Under the pieces are notes generated by a model, which was given only the letters and a program-made list of their open reading frames with translations, ran no database searches and was not told the origin of the DNA. The position numbers and the translations under genes are program-made. This document shows positions 28,884 to 37,690 of a stretch of DNA of 64,000 bases, piece after piece (the stretch's first letter is position 1; every line of letters begins with the position of its first letter). The DNA is taken from NCBI GenBank assembly GCA_963842525.1, contig CAWJGT010000025.1:416001-480000 (forward strand), read 5' to 3'. The DNA is from an uncultured Holophagales bacterium (GTDB lineage Bacteria > Acidobacteriota > Thermoanaerobaculia > Multivoradales > UBA5704).

Positions 28884-31800
28884 CTATCGCCACTCCAGGC
28901 GGAGCCCCAGCCGGAAGGTGCGGGGCGCGATGACCTCGTCGGCGAAGCCGCCGCGGCCCACGCCGAGGTCGAGCTCCCGCTGCTGCACGGTGCCTGCGCC
29001 GGAGAGGTTGAACGCTTCGAGGCTCAGCGTGATCCCGGTGTCCCCGGCGTAGAAGAGCTTGTCGAGGCGGGTGTCCAGCGTGACGAGGTCATCCCCGCGG
29101 AAGTCGTCGAACCGGTCGGCGAGCTGCACTGCGGCGATCCCCGCCCGTTCGCGGGCGACCTGGCGGTAGTACGGGAGCGGATCGCCTTCGCGGGCGCTCA
29201 AGGCGGCCGAGAGATGGAGGTCCCAGGGGAGCTGCACCAGGCCGCTCGCATGGAATGCCCAGCGGCTGGCCAGGAACCGGGGCTCCTCGTGCGGCCGGCC
29301 CGATCCTGTCTCGGCTGCCGGCATGCCTTCGTCGTCGCCGCTGCCGAGGGTGTTCGTCGGATCGTCGAACCGGCGGAAGGCGGGGCCGAGCTTCTGCTCC
29401 CCGTCCTGCCAGGTGAGGTGGCCACGAGTCATCCAGCGGTTTGCCAGGCGCCTCTCCCAATGCAGGGTGAGCCTTCGATCCTCCCGCTGCCGGTCGCCGT
29501 TGACGAGCAGGGTGCCGCCGGTCCAGGCGAGGCCGGGGCGGAGGTCGTAGAAGGGCACGTCGTAGGGCGTGCCGTCCGGCAGGACACCGGTCAACCGGCC
29601 CGCGGGGCTCCAGTCGGTGGCCGTCGCGAGGAACGTCTCGCCGGTTGCACCCTCACGGACGAGAAGGCGCTCCTCCAGGAGGTGGCGCGTCCGCCGCCAA
29701 GTCGCCCTCAGCCCGACCATGAAGGTGTTCTGGAACGCCTGCTCGATCCCGAGGATGGCCTCGTCGGTGATCTCCGGCCGCAGGTCCGGATCGACGGTGT
29801 CGGGATCGAAGCCTGGCCGTAGGGGGTCGAGGCCTTCTCCGAACAAGAGCCGCACCGGCTCGCCCGGATCAGGGAGCAGGTCGCCGTCCAGATCCGAAAA
29901 CAGCGAGTGGAGGACCGCCGGGGCGCCGGGATGGAGGTGCCAGGCGGCCCGGGACCCGATCCGGGAGGCGAACCGCCCCAGGGAGGCCCGCAGCAAGGTC
30001 TGGCGCTCGGAGCCCAGGGCGCGGGTCAATCCGAGGCGTGGGGCAAGCGTCCAGGGACGGGACCCGCCGGAGATCCCGAGGTCCTGGCGATCGAGGCGGG
30101 CTCCCAGGATCGCCGTCCACCGGTCGATGTTGAGGGTGTCCTGGGTCCAGAGGCTGGAGGTCTCGGTGTGGATGGTTGCCACGCCGCCGCGCCAGAGCTC
30201 GACCAGCGCGAGGTCTCCCGCCAGGCCGAGTGCTGCACCCGCGATTCCCAGCCGGTCCGGAGCGGCCAGGGCGCGGGTCTCGTCCTGCCCGCGCCAACTC
30301 GCGCCGAGCATGACCTCGTGAGAGGCGGAACCGGTGTTGAAGAAGGAGGAGGAATTGAGCCGAGCCTCGTCCGTCCGCTGCTCGTCGGTGATCCCGAACC
30401 AGCTTCCGCGAGCCACTCCCGCGGAATCGATCCAGGCGTCCCCTTCCTGCCGTGGGATGTCGCTCAGGCGGATCTCGCTGCCTCCCCAGGCTCCGGTCAG
30501 ATAGAAATTCGCTGTAGGGACGTAGGTGGCCTCGGCCCGCCAGAGAGTCTCGCGGCCCTCCTCTTCCCAGGTGGTCTCCGGCGCGCGGTCCGGTCCGGCA
30601 CCGGCACCGGAGCTCTCGGACTTGCCGCGGCTCCCCGTCAGGTCGGCGGAGAGGGCGGGCAGGAGTTGGGCGTTGAGCTTGAGGTTGCCGCTCTGGCGGA
30701 CGCGGTCCTCCTCCTGTCCTCCGAGAGCGATATGGCCGATCTCGCCATGGCTCGCTTCGCCCCAGATCCAGAACCGGTCCCGGAGGAGGGGTCCGCCGAC
30801 TTCCGCCTCCCCGGACTGGAGGCTCTCGAGATGGTTTCCGGGCACGCCGGCCTCGGCGCTCCGCTCTCCGGCGAGCGCTCCGCCGCTCCACTGGGCGAGA
30901 CCCGAGGCCCGCCAGAAGTTCGTTCCGCGTGGCAGGAGGGCCCGGATCTGCGCTCCCGGTGTCTCCAGGGTGACGTCGGTTCCACCGGTGGTGACTTCCA
31001 TCTCCTCGAAGGCGTCGAAATCAAAATAGCTGGGGCTGGAGCCGGTCGCCGCCATGTTGGTAAAGATCAAGCCGTCGACGGAGAAAGTGTTCTGCCCCGC
31101 GGTCGTCCCGGCCAGGACGGCAGCCGGCTGCTGGCCGCTCTCGTTGCCGCCGACGTTGATGCGGTCGGTCAGAACCCCCGGCGTGGCCTGGAGGACGGCC
31201 CAGGGATCGCGCGCTCCGGGGATCAGGGCCAGCTCGGTCTGCGATACGGTGGCGCCGGTGGAGATCCGCCGCTCGTCGAGGAGAGGGACCGCCGCCGTCA
31301 AAGTGATCATCTCCGACACTTGCGATGGATCGACGTCAGGCGGCAGCCCCCCTCCCGACCCGCGCGGCGCGTTCAGGGGCAGCGGCTGGAGTGGCGCCGC
31401 CACGCCGGCCGGCGCGGTCGGCTCCACGTCCACGGCGACGAGGCTGGTGTACGGTGTGACCAGATGGTGCCGCAGCCCGAGCTCGGTCACGGTGCGCTGC
31501 ACCTCCGCGGCATCGGCCCCCTCTTGCAGGCTGTCCATCAGGGCCTGGATCTTGCGGCCGGCCCACAGTTTGTCGAGCCCGGCGCCTTTGACCTCGGCGG
31601 CGGCCGGCAGCTCGTCCTCCCAGGAGCTGCCGGCGCGCAGGCCCGAGACCGCCACGGGCCCGCTGTCGCGCAGGCGGGCGGCGACCACCAGGGGCTCGCC
31701 CAGGTAGAGGTCGGGCACCCGTTCGGGCACGGCCTCCGCGCCCGGATCGGACCACCGGACGTCGATCTGCCGGAGCATCGGCGCCTCCAGGCGGGCGAAC

Positions 31801-33209
31801 AGGCTTGTCATCCCTTCGGTGACTTTTTCGAGGCTGGCGATGTGGGTGAAGGAGCCGCGGCCGAGGTCCGCCGCCCGCCGCAGGAAAGCGGCATTGGGGG
31901 CCGGACCGATCGCCACCGTGAACAGCCGCCGGTCCGCGAGGTGGCCGGGGAGGTAGCGCAGGATGTCCGATTCGTTGTCGACCTGGCCGTCCGTGATGAA
32001 GACCACCTGCTGGACGAGCCCGCCCGGCCCCGGCCCGCGCAGGGCGACCTCCAGGGCCGGCAGCATCTCGGTGCCGCCGGTCGTTGCGAGCGCCGTCACG
32101 TACTGCCGCGCCTGCTGAACAGTGGCCGGATTCGCCGGGATACTGTCCTGGAACAGCGCCGAGGTGGTGCTGTTGAACTGGACGACGTTGAACCAATCCG
32201 CCGACCCGAGGCGGTCCAGGCCCAGGAGAAGGGCCTGCCGTGCCTGCTCGATCGCCGGCCCGTCCATCGAGCCGGAGGTGTCGATCACGAAGACAGTCTC
32301 TCGGGGGAGACGGTAGGCGGCCACCCCAGCCGCGTCGGGAGGCATCATCATCAGCAGGGCGTAGCGCTCGCCGTCCACCTCCTCCGTGAAGTAGACCGCC
32401 CGGGGCTCGCGGCCGGTCTCGGGCGCCCACTCCAGGACGAAGTCGCCGTCCGCGAACGCCATGCCGCCGGCAAGGTCCACGGCCCAGCGGAGCCGCTTCG
32501 GGTCGCCCTGGACCGCGATCCTGTGCGTTGGGCTTGTGATGCCTGTCAGAGGGAAGCCGGGCGCAAGGTCGACGTGCAGGGCGAAAGGATTGATCGGGCT
32601 CATGCCTGGCGCCAGCACGGGAGGCTCGGGGATCGCAGGTGCGCAGGCGCCGGCGCTCTGTCCCGCCGGAGGGGTGTACCGCGGTGTCGCGAGCATGGGG
32701 AATTGCAACGTGAACCGTCCCGCCTGGTAGCGCACCACCTGCTGGAGCTCGATCACGACCTCCACCGTTTCGCCGGGTCCCACATTGGAGACCGAAGTGG
32801 TGAACAGACCCGGCCGGAGCTGATCGAGAAGCGATGCCTTCCGCCCTTCCTGCGCAGCGGCTTCGAAGGTCTGTTTCGCCTGCGCCTTTTCCTGGACGAC
32901 GCCTTCGAGAACCCGGTCGCCAACGACGAGACGCAGCGTGTCCACGGCCGCGCCGTCCGGCAGTGGAAAGAGATAGATCCCGCTCAGCCAGCTACCGGTC
33001 GGATTGCGGAAGATCTGGGTGACCTTCGTGCGCGCCACGATACCGGTGATGCGCACCTCGACCGTGGTGCCGAGCACGGGAGCGGCGACCACGGAGCCCT
33101 GCGCCGTCTGGAGCACCAAACCGCTCTCATTCTCCGCACACCATGCGGGGTTTCCGATCATCCAGAGAGACAGAAGAATCCCAGCCGTCAGCCAACGGTA
33201 TCTGCACAT
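28884..33209 (-). CDS. VIT + vWA (inter-alpha-trypsin inhibitor heavy chain-like) domain fused to Oar-like TonB-dependent receptor plug and barrel
   Basis: Signal peptide; VIT (ARTKVTQIFRNP..YLFPLPDGAAV); MIDAS VFVIDTSGSM and VFITDG; LVTPYTSLVAV; then EMITLTA..ARDPWAVLQATPGV..NVGGNESGQQ plug; C-terminal PRTFRLGLRLEWR. Confidence 0.88.
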   Translation of the reverse strand: MCRYRWLTAGILLSLWMIGNPAWCAENESGLVLQTAQGSVVAAPVLGTTVEVRITGIVARTKVTQIFRNPTGSWLSGIYLFPLPDGAAVDTLRLVVGDRVLEGVVQEKAQAKQTFEAAAQEGRKASLLDQLRPGLFTTSVSNVGPGETVEVVIELQQVVRYQAGRFTLQFPMLATPRYTPPAGQSAGACAPAIPEPPVLAPGMSPINPFALHVDLAPGFPLTGITSPTHRIAVQGDPKRLRWAVDLAGGMAFADGDFVLEWAPETGREPRAVYFTEEVDGERYALLMMMPPDAAGVAAYRLPRETVFVIDTSGSMDGPAIEQARQALLLGLDRLGSADWFNVVQFNSTTSALFQDSIPANPATVQQARQYVTALATTGGTEMLPALEVALRGPGPGGLVQQVVFITDGQVDNESDILRYLPGHLADRRLFTVAIGPAPNAAFLRRAADLGRGSFTHIASLEKVTEGMTSLFARLEAPMLRQIDVRWSDPGAEAVPERVPDLYLGEPLVVAARLRDSGPVAVSGLRAGSSWEDELPAAAEVKGAGLDKLWAGRKIQALMDSLQEGADAAEVQRTVTELGLRHHLVTPYTSLVAVDVEPTAPAGVAAPLQPLPLNAPRGSGGGLPPDVDPSQVSEMITLTAAVPLLDERRISTGATVSQTELALIPGARDPWAVLQATPGVLTDRINVGGNESGQQPAAVLAGTTAGQNTFSVDGLIFTNMAATGSSPSYFDFDAFEEMEVTTGGTDVTLETPGAQIRALLPRGTNFWRASGLAQWSGGALAGERSAEAGVPGNHLESLQSGEAEVGGPLLRDRFWIWGEASHGEIGHIALGGQEEDRVRQSGNLKLNAQLLPALSADLTGSRGKSESSGAGAGPDRAPETTWEEEGRETLWRAEATYVPTANFYLTGAWGGSEIRLSDIPRQEGDAWIDSAGVARGSWFGITDEQRTDEARLNSSSFFNTGSASHEVMLGASWRGQDETRALAAPDRLGIAGAALGLAGDLALVELWRGGVATIHTETSSLWTQDTLNIDRWTAILGARLDRQDLGISGGSRPWTLAPRLGLTRALGSERQTLLRASLGRFASRIGSRAAWHLHPGAPAVLHSLFSDLDGDLLPDPGEPVRLLFGEGLDPLRPGFDPDTVDPDLRPEITDEAILGIEQAFQNTFMVGLRATWRRTRHLLEERLLVREGATGETFLATATDWSPAGRLTGVLPDGTPYDVPFYDLRPGLAWTGGTLLVNGDRQREDRRLTLHWERRLANRWMTRGHLTWQDGEQKLGPAFRRFDDPTNTLGSGDDEGMPAAETGSGRPHEEPRFLASRWAFHASGLVQLPWDLHLSAALSAREGDPLPYYRQVARERAGIAAVQLADRFDDFRGDDLVTLDTRLDKLFYAGDTGITLSLEAFNLSGAGTVQQRELDLGVGRGGFADEVIAPRTFRLGLRLEWR

Positions 33210-33276
33210 TGTCCCTGCCTCCAAGAGAGCCCGTCCTCATGAGAAGACGGTCCAAATAAATCTGACAGGAGGAAAG

Positions 33277-33292
33277 AGCAAGCGGGATGCCA
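33277..33292 (-). promoter_or_regulatory. Sigma54 -24/-12 promoter of the VIT-barrel gene
   Basis: Minus strand TGGCATCCCGCTTGCT. Confidence 0.75.
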
Positions 33293-33344
33293 CTCCCGAA
33301 AGCGCGGAAATCCGGGGGTTTTTAGAACGGAGGCGCGGCCGCGG

Positions 33345-33380
33345 TTCAATCGAATGAACCGCGGCGATCCAACCGGTTGA
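33345..33380. promoter_or_regulatory. Putative enhancer (UAS) copy 2
   Basis: TTCAATCGAATGAACCGCGGCGATCCAACCGGTTGA, 30/36 identical to 12317-12352. Confidence 0.6.
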
Positions 33381-33443
33381 GCGAAACGGGCGGCAATCCG
33401 GGAAAAATGATCGATACGTCCCCGGGCGGGGACGTCGCCGTCC

Positions 33444-34055
33444 TCAGAGCCTCACGCCGGGATCGTCAGGCGTAGCCGAGCCGATCCGGCACAGCTCGTC
33501 GAGCACCGCGGCGAACAGATCGAAGAGCTTGCGAAGCCGGGCAACATCCTTGATGACGCCGTGCACCTGAAATCTCAGCCCGTCGACGCCTTCGGGAAAG
33601 CGCTTCCAGAAAAGGTGCTCGTCGTCCTTGAGCTCGAAGCGGATCTGCGGCTGCTCGTCGAGGAGCCGCCGGATCTCGGCATTGGCCAGGAGCGCCTTGA
33701 CCTTCGACTCGTCGTTGGCCTTGATGATGAAGTCCTCGTCGAAGTGGAGCGAGTGCCCCACCTCGATGTCCTGCATCCCCAGCGCCTTGCCGAGGCCGCT
33801 GAAGGGACCCTTCCGGTAGATCGTGAAACGGAAGCCGTCGCGGCTGACGAACGGCGCCCGCATCCGCGTGTAGACCGCGTGGGAATGGCCGGTCGAAACC
33901 GTGTAGGTGTCGAGGGTGACGGTCCAGCTCCCATGCTGGGCCTCCACCTTGTCGCCCTTCCAGAATCCGCCCTCCAGGAAGTCGCCGCCGATCTCCTGGC
34001 TGAGCCGCCGCCAGACCTCTTCGCGGCTCGGACCGAACATCTCTCGCAAACTCAT
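33444..34055 (-). CDS. Conserved hypothetical protein (DUF3137-like)
   Basis: MSLREMFGPSREEVWRRLSQEIG..YTRMRAPF..GMQDIEVG..FDEDFIIK; strong RBS. Confidence 0.7.
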   Translation of the reverse strand: MSLREMFGPSREEVWRRLSQEIGGDFLEGGFWKGDKVEAQHGSWTVTLDTYTVSTGHSHAVYTRMRAPFVSRDGFRFTIYRKGPFSGLGKALGMQDIEVGHSLHFDEDFIIKANDESKVKALLANAEIRRLLDEQPQIRFELKDDEHLFWKRFPEGVDGLRFQVHGVIKDVARLRKLFDLFAAVLDELCRIGSATPDDPGVRL

Positions 34056-34117
34056 GGAACATGTCCTCCTTCCGCCTGATACGAAAAGCCGTGCTCCTTT
34101 GTTATGGTGGACATTCT

Positions 34118-35266
34118 ATGAGGATCGAGCCCTTCGAGGTCCATGTCCCCCAGCCGGTCCTGAACGATCTCCGGGACCGCCTGGCGCGGACACGCTGGCC
34201 GGACGAGATCCCGGGCACGGGCTGGGAGTACGGAGCCGATCTTTCGTTCATGCAGGAGCTGGTCAGGCATTGGCGCGACGGTTTCGATTGGCGGGCGCAG
34301 GAGGCGAGGCTCCATCGCTTCCATCACTACCGCGCGGAGATCGACGGCTTCGGCATCCATTTCCTGCATGAGCGGGGATGCGGCCCCAATCCACGGCCGT
34401 TGATCCTCACCCATGGCTGGCCGGGGTCCTTCCTGGAATTCCTGGAAGTCATCCCCCGGCTGACCGATCCCGGGAGGTACGGCGGCGACCCGGCCTGCTC
34501 GTTCGACGTGGTCGTCCCCTCCCTGCCCGGCTATGGCTTTTCGGACCGGCCGGCGGCGCCCGGGATGAACGCCTTCCGCATCGGCGAGCTGTGGGTGCGG
34601 CTAATGCGTGGCCTCGGCTACGAGCGGTTCGGCGCCCAGGGAGGCGACTGGGGGGCCAGCGTGTCGACCGCCATGGCCCTGGCCGCTCCCGAGGCCCTGA
34701 CCGGGCTCCATCTCAACTACATCCCCGGCTCGCTGCGGCCCTGGCTGGGAGAAGGGACGCCTCCTCTGGCGGAGATCGAGCGTCGGTTCCTGGACGACGC
34801 GGACCGCTGGCTGGAGACCGAAGGGGCGTACGGCCACGTGCAGCGCTACGAGCCGCAGACCCTCGCCTACGGTCTGAACGACTCGCCTGCCGGCCTCGCC
34901 GCCTGGATCGTCGAGAAGTTTCGCGACTGGGGGGACTGCGACGGCGACGTGGTCGGCCGCTTCGGCCGCGACGAGCTGCTGGCCAACGTCACCCTCTACT
35001 GGGTCACCGAGACCTTCCATTCCGCGGCCCGCCTCTATTTCGAGATGCGCAAGGCTCCCCTGGCCCTGGGGCCGGGGCAGCGCGTCCGGGTTCCCACGGC
35101 CGTGGCACATTTCCCGAAGGAGAGCCCCTTTCCGCCACGCGCCTGGATCGAGCGCTGCTACGACGTCGTTCGCTGGACCGAAATGCCCCGAGGCGGCCAC
35201 TTCGCCGCCCTGGAAGAGCCGGAGCTGCTGGCGGAGGATGTGCGGGCGTTCTTCTACTCGGAGTAG
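34118..35266 (+). CDS. Epoxide hydrolase (EHN + alpha/beta hydrolase)
   Basis: LTHGWPGS, PSLPGYGFS, QGGDWG nucleophile, GGHFAALE. Confidence 0.93.
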   Translation: MRIEPFEVHVPQPVLNDLRDRLARTRWPDEIPGTGWEYGADLSFMQELVRHWRDGFDWRAQEARLHRFHHYRAEIDGFGIHFLHERGCGPNPRPLILTHGWPGSFLEFLEVIPRLTDPGRYGGDPACSFDVVVPSLPGYGFSDRPAAPGMNAFRIGELWVRLMRGLGYERFGAQGGDWGASVSTAMALAAPEALTGLHLNYIPGSLRPWLGEGTPPLAEIERRFLDDADRWLETEGAYGHVQRYEPQTLAYGLNDSPAGLAAWIVEKFRDWGDCDGDVVGRFGRDELLANVTLYWVTETFHSAARLYFEMRKAPLALGPGQRVRVPTAVAHFPKESPFPPRAWIERCYDVVRWTEMPRGGHFAALEEPELLAEDVRAFFYSE

Positions 35267-35326
35267 CGAGTGGCTTGAGCAGCAAGGGTCTCCCAAGAGT
35301 ATGATTTGGCCGACGGAGGAGAGACC

Positions 35327-35611
35327 GTGACCAAGCTGTATGCCGTCGAAGCCCAGGAACATTTCCCCGACCTCCTCGGCCGGATTCGCGAGGGAGAAAC
35401 AGTCTTGATCACCGAAGCCGGTCGCCCGGTGGCGAAGCTGGTGCCCGCCGCAAAGGAGGACGAGCCTGAGCATCTGGCCAATGTCCAGGGGTGGCTCGAG
35501 GACGACGATCCGTTCTTCACCTCGATCGAAAAGATCATCGAGGTCCGGCTTCGGTTGGAGACGCCCCGAAGGGGCCTGGGCATAAAGCCTGGCGCTTCAG
35601 CGCCAGGTTGA
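35327..35611 (+). CDS. Phd/YefM (prevent-host-death) family antitoxin, orphan
   Basis: GGAGGAG RBS + GTG; EAQEHFPDLLGRIREGETVLITEAGRPVAKLVP; no toxin ORF downstream. Confidence 0.8.
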   Translation: MTKLYAVEAQEHFPDLLGRIREGETVLITEAGRPVAKLVPAAKEDEPEHLANVQGWLEDDDPFFTSIEKIIEVRLRLETPRRGLGIKPGASAPG

Positions 35612-35710
35612 CGCCCCCAAATTTCCCGGAGCCCTGAAGGGGCGCAGGCATTCTCCGTCCACCCGCAGCGGGGCTTGCACCCCTCGCCATGCCGTCGCCC
35701 CTTCGGGGCA
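35562..35710. repeat. Cluster of REP-like palindromes
   Basis: GCCCCGAAGGGGC, CCTGGCGCTTCAGCGCCAGG, GCCCTGAAGGGGC, GCCCCTTCGGGGC. Confidence 0.75.
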
Positions 35711-35746
35711 GCCGCAAGCCGGCCTCAGTCTGAGCGCGATGTTCGT

Positions 35747-36706
35747 CTACCCGGAGTAGAAGGCGACGACCTCCCGCGCCATCCGGATCACCCTCTCGCG
35801 GAGGGACTGCGGCTCCAGGACCTCCACCTGTGCGCCGAGGCCGAGGGCGTACTCGGCCGCCTCCTCCTCGAGCTGAAAGCGGATGGAAACCTTGAGCCGG
35901 CCTTCCTCGTCCGGCCCCTCGGTCCCTTCGATGCGGGCGAACCTCCCGGCGTAGCGCATCCGCGGCAGCAGGGCCTCCGGGACGCGCAGGGTGGCGAAGT
36001 AGCTCGGGAAGTTGGCCCGGAAGTCGGCCGAGTGCTGCGGCCACCAGGCTGCGAGGTCGAATCCCTCCGGGCGGACGCAGGGCTCGTCCAGGATCTCCGC
36101 TTTCTGCACGCGAGAGACCCGGTAGGCGCGAATCTCGCCGTCGATCGCCGCGGCGAGATACCAGATGCTCCCCTTGGCGACCAGGCCGAGAGGGTCCACC
36201 GTGCGCTCTCCTGGGCACTCGTCGTCCCGCCCGTAGAGGAAGCGGATCCGCCGGTCCTGCCAGACCGCTTCCTGGAGGGCCGGCAGCCAGGGGACGGCGT
36301 CGCCTGGCCGGTTCCAGCCCGTGACGTCGATGTGGATGCGCTGGCGTGCGTGCTCGGCGCTACGGCGGGCCGCCGAGGGCAGGGAGGCCAGCATCTTGAG
36401 AAGGGCCCCCTCGGCCGCCCGGTCGAGGCCCAGATCGGCGAGCAGCCGCGCCGGCCCGGCCAGGAAGAGGGCCTGGGCCTCGTCCGGATCAAGCCCGGTC
36501 AGGTCGGTCCGGTACCCTTCGAGGAGCCTCCATCCACCGCCCGCGCCCCGGTCCGCGACCACGGGAACGCCCGCGGAACCTAGGGCCTCCATGTCCCGCA
36601 GGATGGTCCGCTCCGAGACCTCCAGCCGCTCCGCCAACGTGCGCGCCGTCAGGCGCCGGTGGACCTGGAGCAGCAGAAGGATGGACAACAAGCGGTCGGC
36701 ACGCAT
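35747..36706 (-). CDS. YafY-like HTH_11 + WYL domain transcriptional regulator
   Basis: MRADRLLSILLLLQ..LEVSERTILRDMEAL; PLGLVAKGSIWYLAA..YRVSRV. Confidence 0.92.
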   Translation of the reverse strand: MRADRLLSILLLLQVHRRLTARTLAERLEVSERTILRDMEALGSAGVPVVADRGAGGGWRLLEGYRTDLTGLDPDEAQALFLAGPARLLADLGLDRAAEGALLKMLASLPSAARRSAEHARQRIHIDVTGWNRPGDAVPWLPALQEAVWQDRRIRFLYGRDDECPGERTVDPLGLVAKGSIWYLAAAIDGEIRAYRVSRVQKAEILDEPCVRPEGFDLAAWWPQHSADFRANFPSYFATLRVPEALLPRMRYAGRFARIEGTEGPDEEGRLKVSIRFQLEEEAAEYALGLGAQVEVLEPQSLRERVIRMAREVVAFYSG

Positions 36707-36730
36707 CCTCCCAAGATTAGCCGACAAACA

Positions 36731-36745
36731 TGACAGTGGGTGTCA
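36731..36745. promoter_or_regulatory. Palindromic operator, probable WYL-regulator site
   Basis: TGACA-GTGGG-TGTCA between the divergent WYL and SDR genes. Confidence 0.7.
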
Positions 36746-36793
36746 GGAACGGGGCGCGATGCTCTCCTCCGGATCGGAAAAGGAGGGCGAGCA

Positions 36794-37687
36794 ATGAAAA
36801 CCCTTGAAGGAAAAGTCGCGGTGGTGGCGGGAGCGTCGCGCGGAGCCGGGCGGGGCATCGCCTGCGGACTGGGCGAGGCGGGGGCGACCGTCTACTGCAC
36901 GGGACGCAGCGTGCGCGGGAGCACGACGGGGAACCGGCCGGAGACGATCGAGGAGACGGCGGAGATGGTGACCGCCCGCGGCGGCGTGGGCATCCCCGTG
37001 CACATGGACCATCTGGAGGAGGAACAGGTCCGGGCCCTGTTCCAGCAGGTCGAGAAGGAGCAGGGCCGGTTGGACGTCCTGGTCAATGTCGTCTGGGGCG
37101 GGATGGTCTACGTGACCGAATACGGCAAGCGGTTCTGGAACGTGTCGCTCGACAAGGGCTTTCTCCTGCTGCGGCAGGCGGTCCACGCGCACATCCTCGC
37201 CACCCGCTGGGCCCTGCCCCTGATGATCCCGCGCAAGCAAGGCTTGGTGGTGGAGATCACGGACGGCGACGGCCTCTACTACCGGGAGGACGTCTTCGTC
37301 GACCTCTGCAAGGTCTCGGCGATGCGGCTGGCCTGGGCGCTCTCCCTGGAGCTGCGCGAGCACGGCATCACATCCCTGGCCTTGACGCCGGGCTACATGC
37401 GCATCGAGCTGATCCTCGAGCACCTCGGTGTAACCGAGGCCAACTGGCAGGACGGCATCGCCAAGGACCCCACCTTCGCCGAGTCCGAGACCCCCTTCCT
37501 CATCGGCCGCGCCGTAGCCGCTCTCGCCGCGGATCCGAATGTCGCGGCCAAAGCGGGCAAGACCCTCGCGGGCTGGGATCTCACGAAGGAATACGGCCTC
37601 ACTGACGTGGACGGCCGGCAGCCGGACATCGGACCATTGCTGGAGAAGCACTTCGCCAAGGCGGAGCGATGGGAGGTAAGGCTCTGA
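36794..37687 (+). CDS. SDR family oxidoreductase (DHRS1-like)
   Basis: VAVVAGASRGAGRGIA, VYCTGRS, LDVLVN, SETPFLIGRAVAALAAD. Confidence 0.9.
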   Translation: MKTLEGKVAVVAGASRGAGRGIACGLGEAGATVYCTGRSVRGSTTGNRPETIEETAEMVTARGGVGIPVHMDHLEEEQVRALFQQVEKEQGRLDVLVNVVWGGMVYVTEYGKRFWNVSLDKGFLLLRQAVHAHILATRWALPLMIPRKQGLVVEITDGDGLYYREDVFVDLCKVSAMRLAWALSLELREHGITSLALTPGYMRIELILEHLGVTEANWQDGIAKDPTFAESETPFLIGRAVAALAADPNVAAKAGKTLAGWDLTKEYGLTDVDGRQPDIGPLLEKHFAKAERWEVRL

Positions 37688-37690
37688 GGT

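Noticed and set aside
29907-33242. 1111-aa plus-strand ORF and similar long antisense ORFs (e.g. 14336..17899, 9550..11484, 45640..47262)
   Set aside because: Shadow ORFs or alternative frames of real genes in high-GC DNA; Arg/Pro/Gly-rich or motif-free
35747-36706. WYL-associated anti-phage island
   Set aside because: YafY-type regulator next to an SDR and an epoxide hydrolase; no defence genes adjacent
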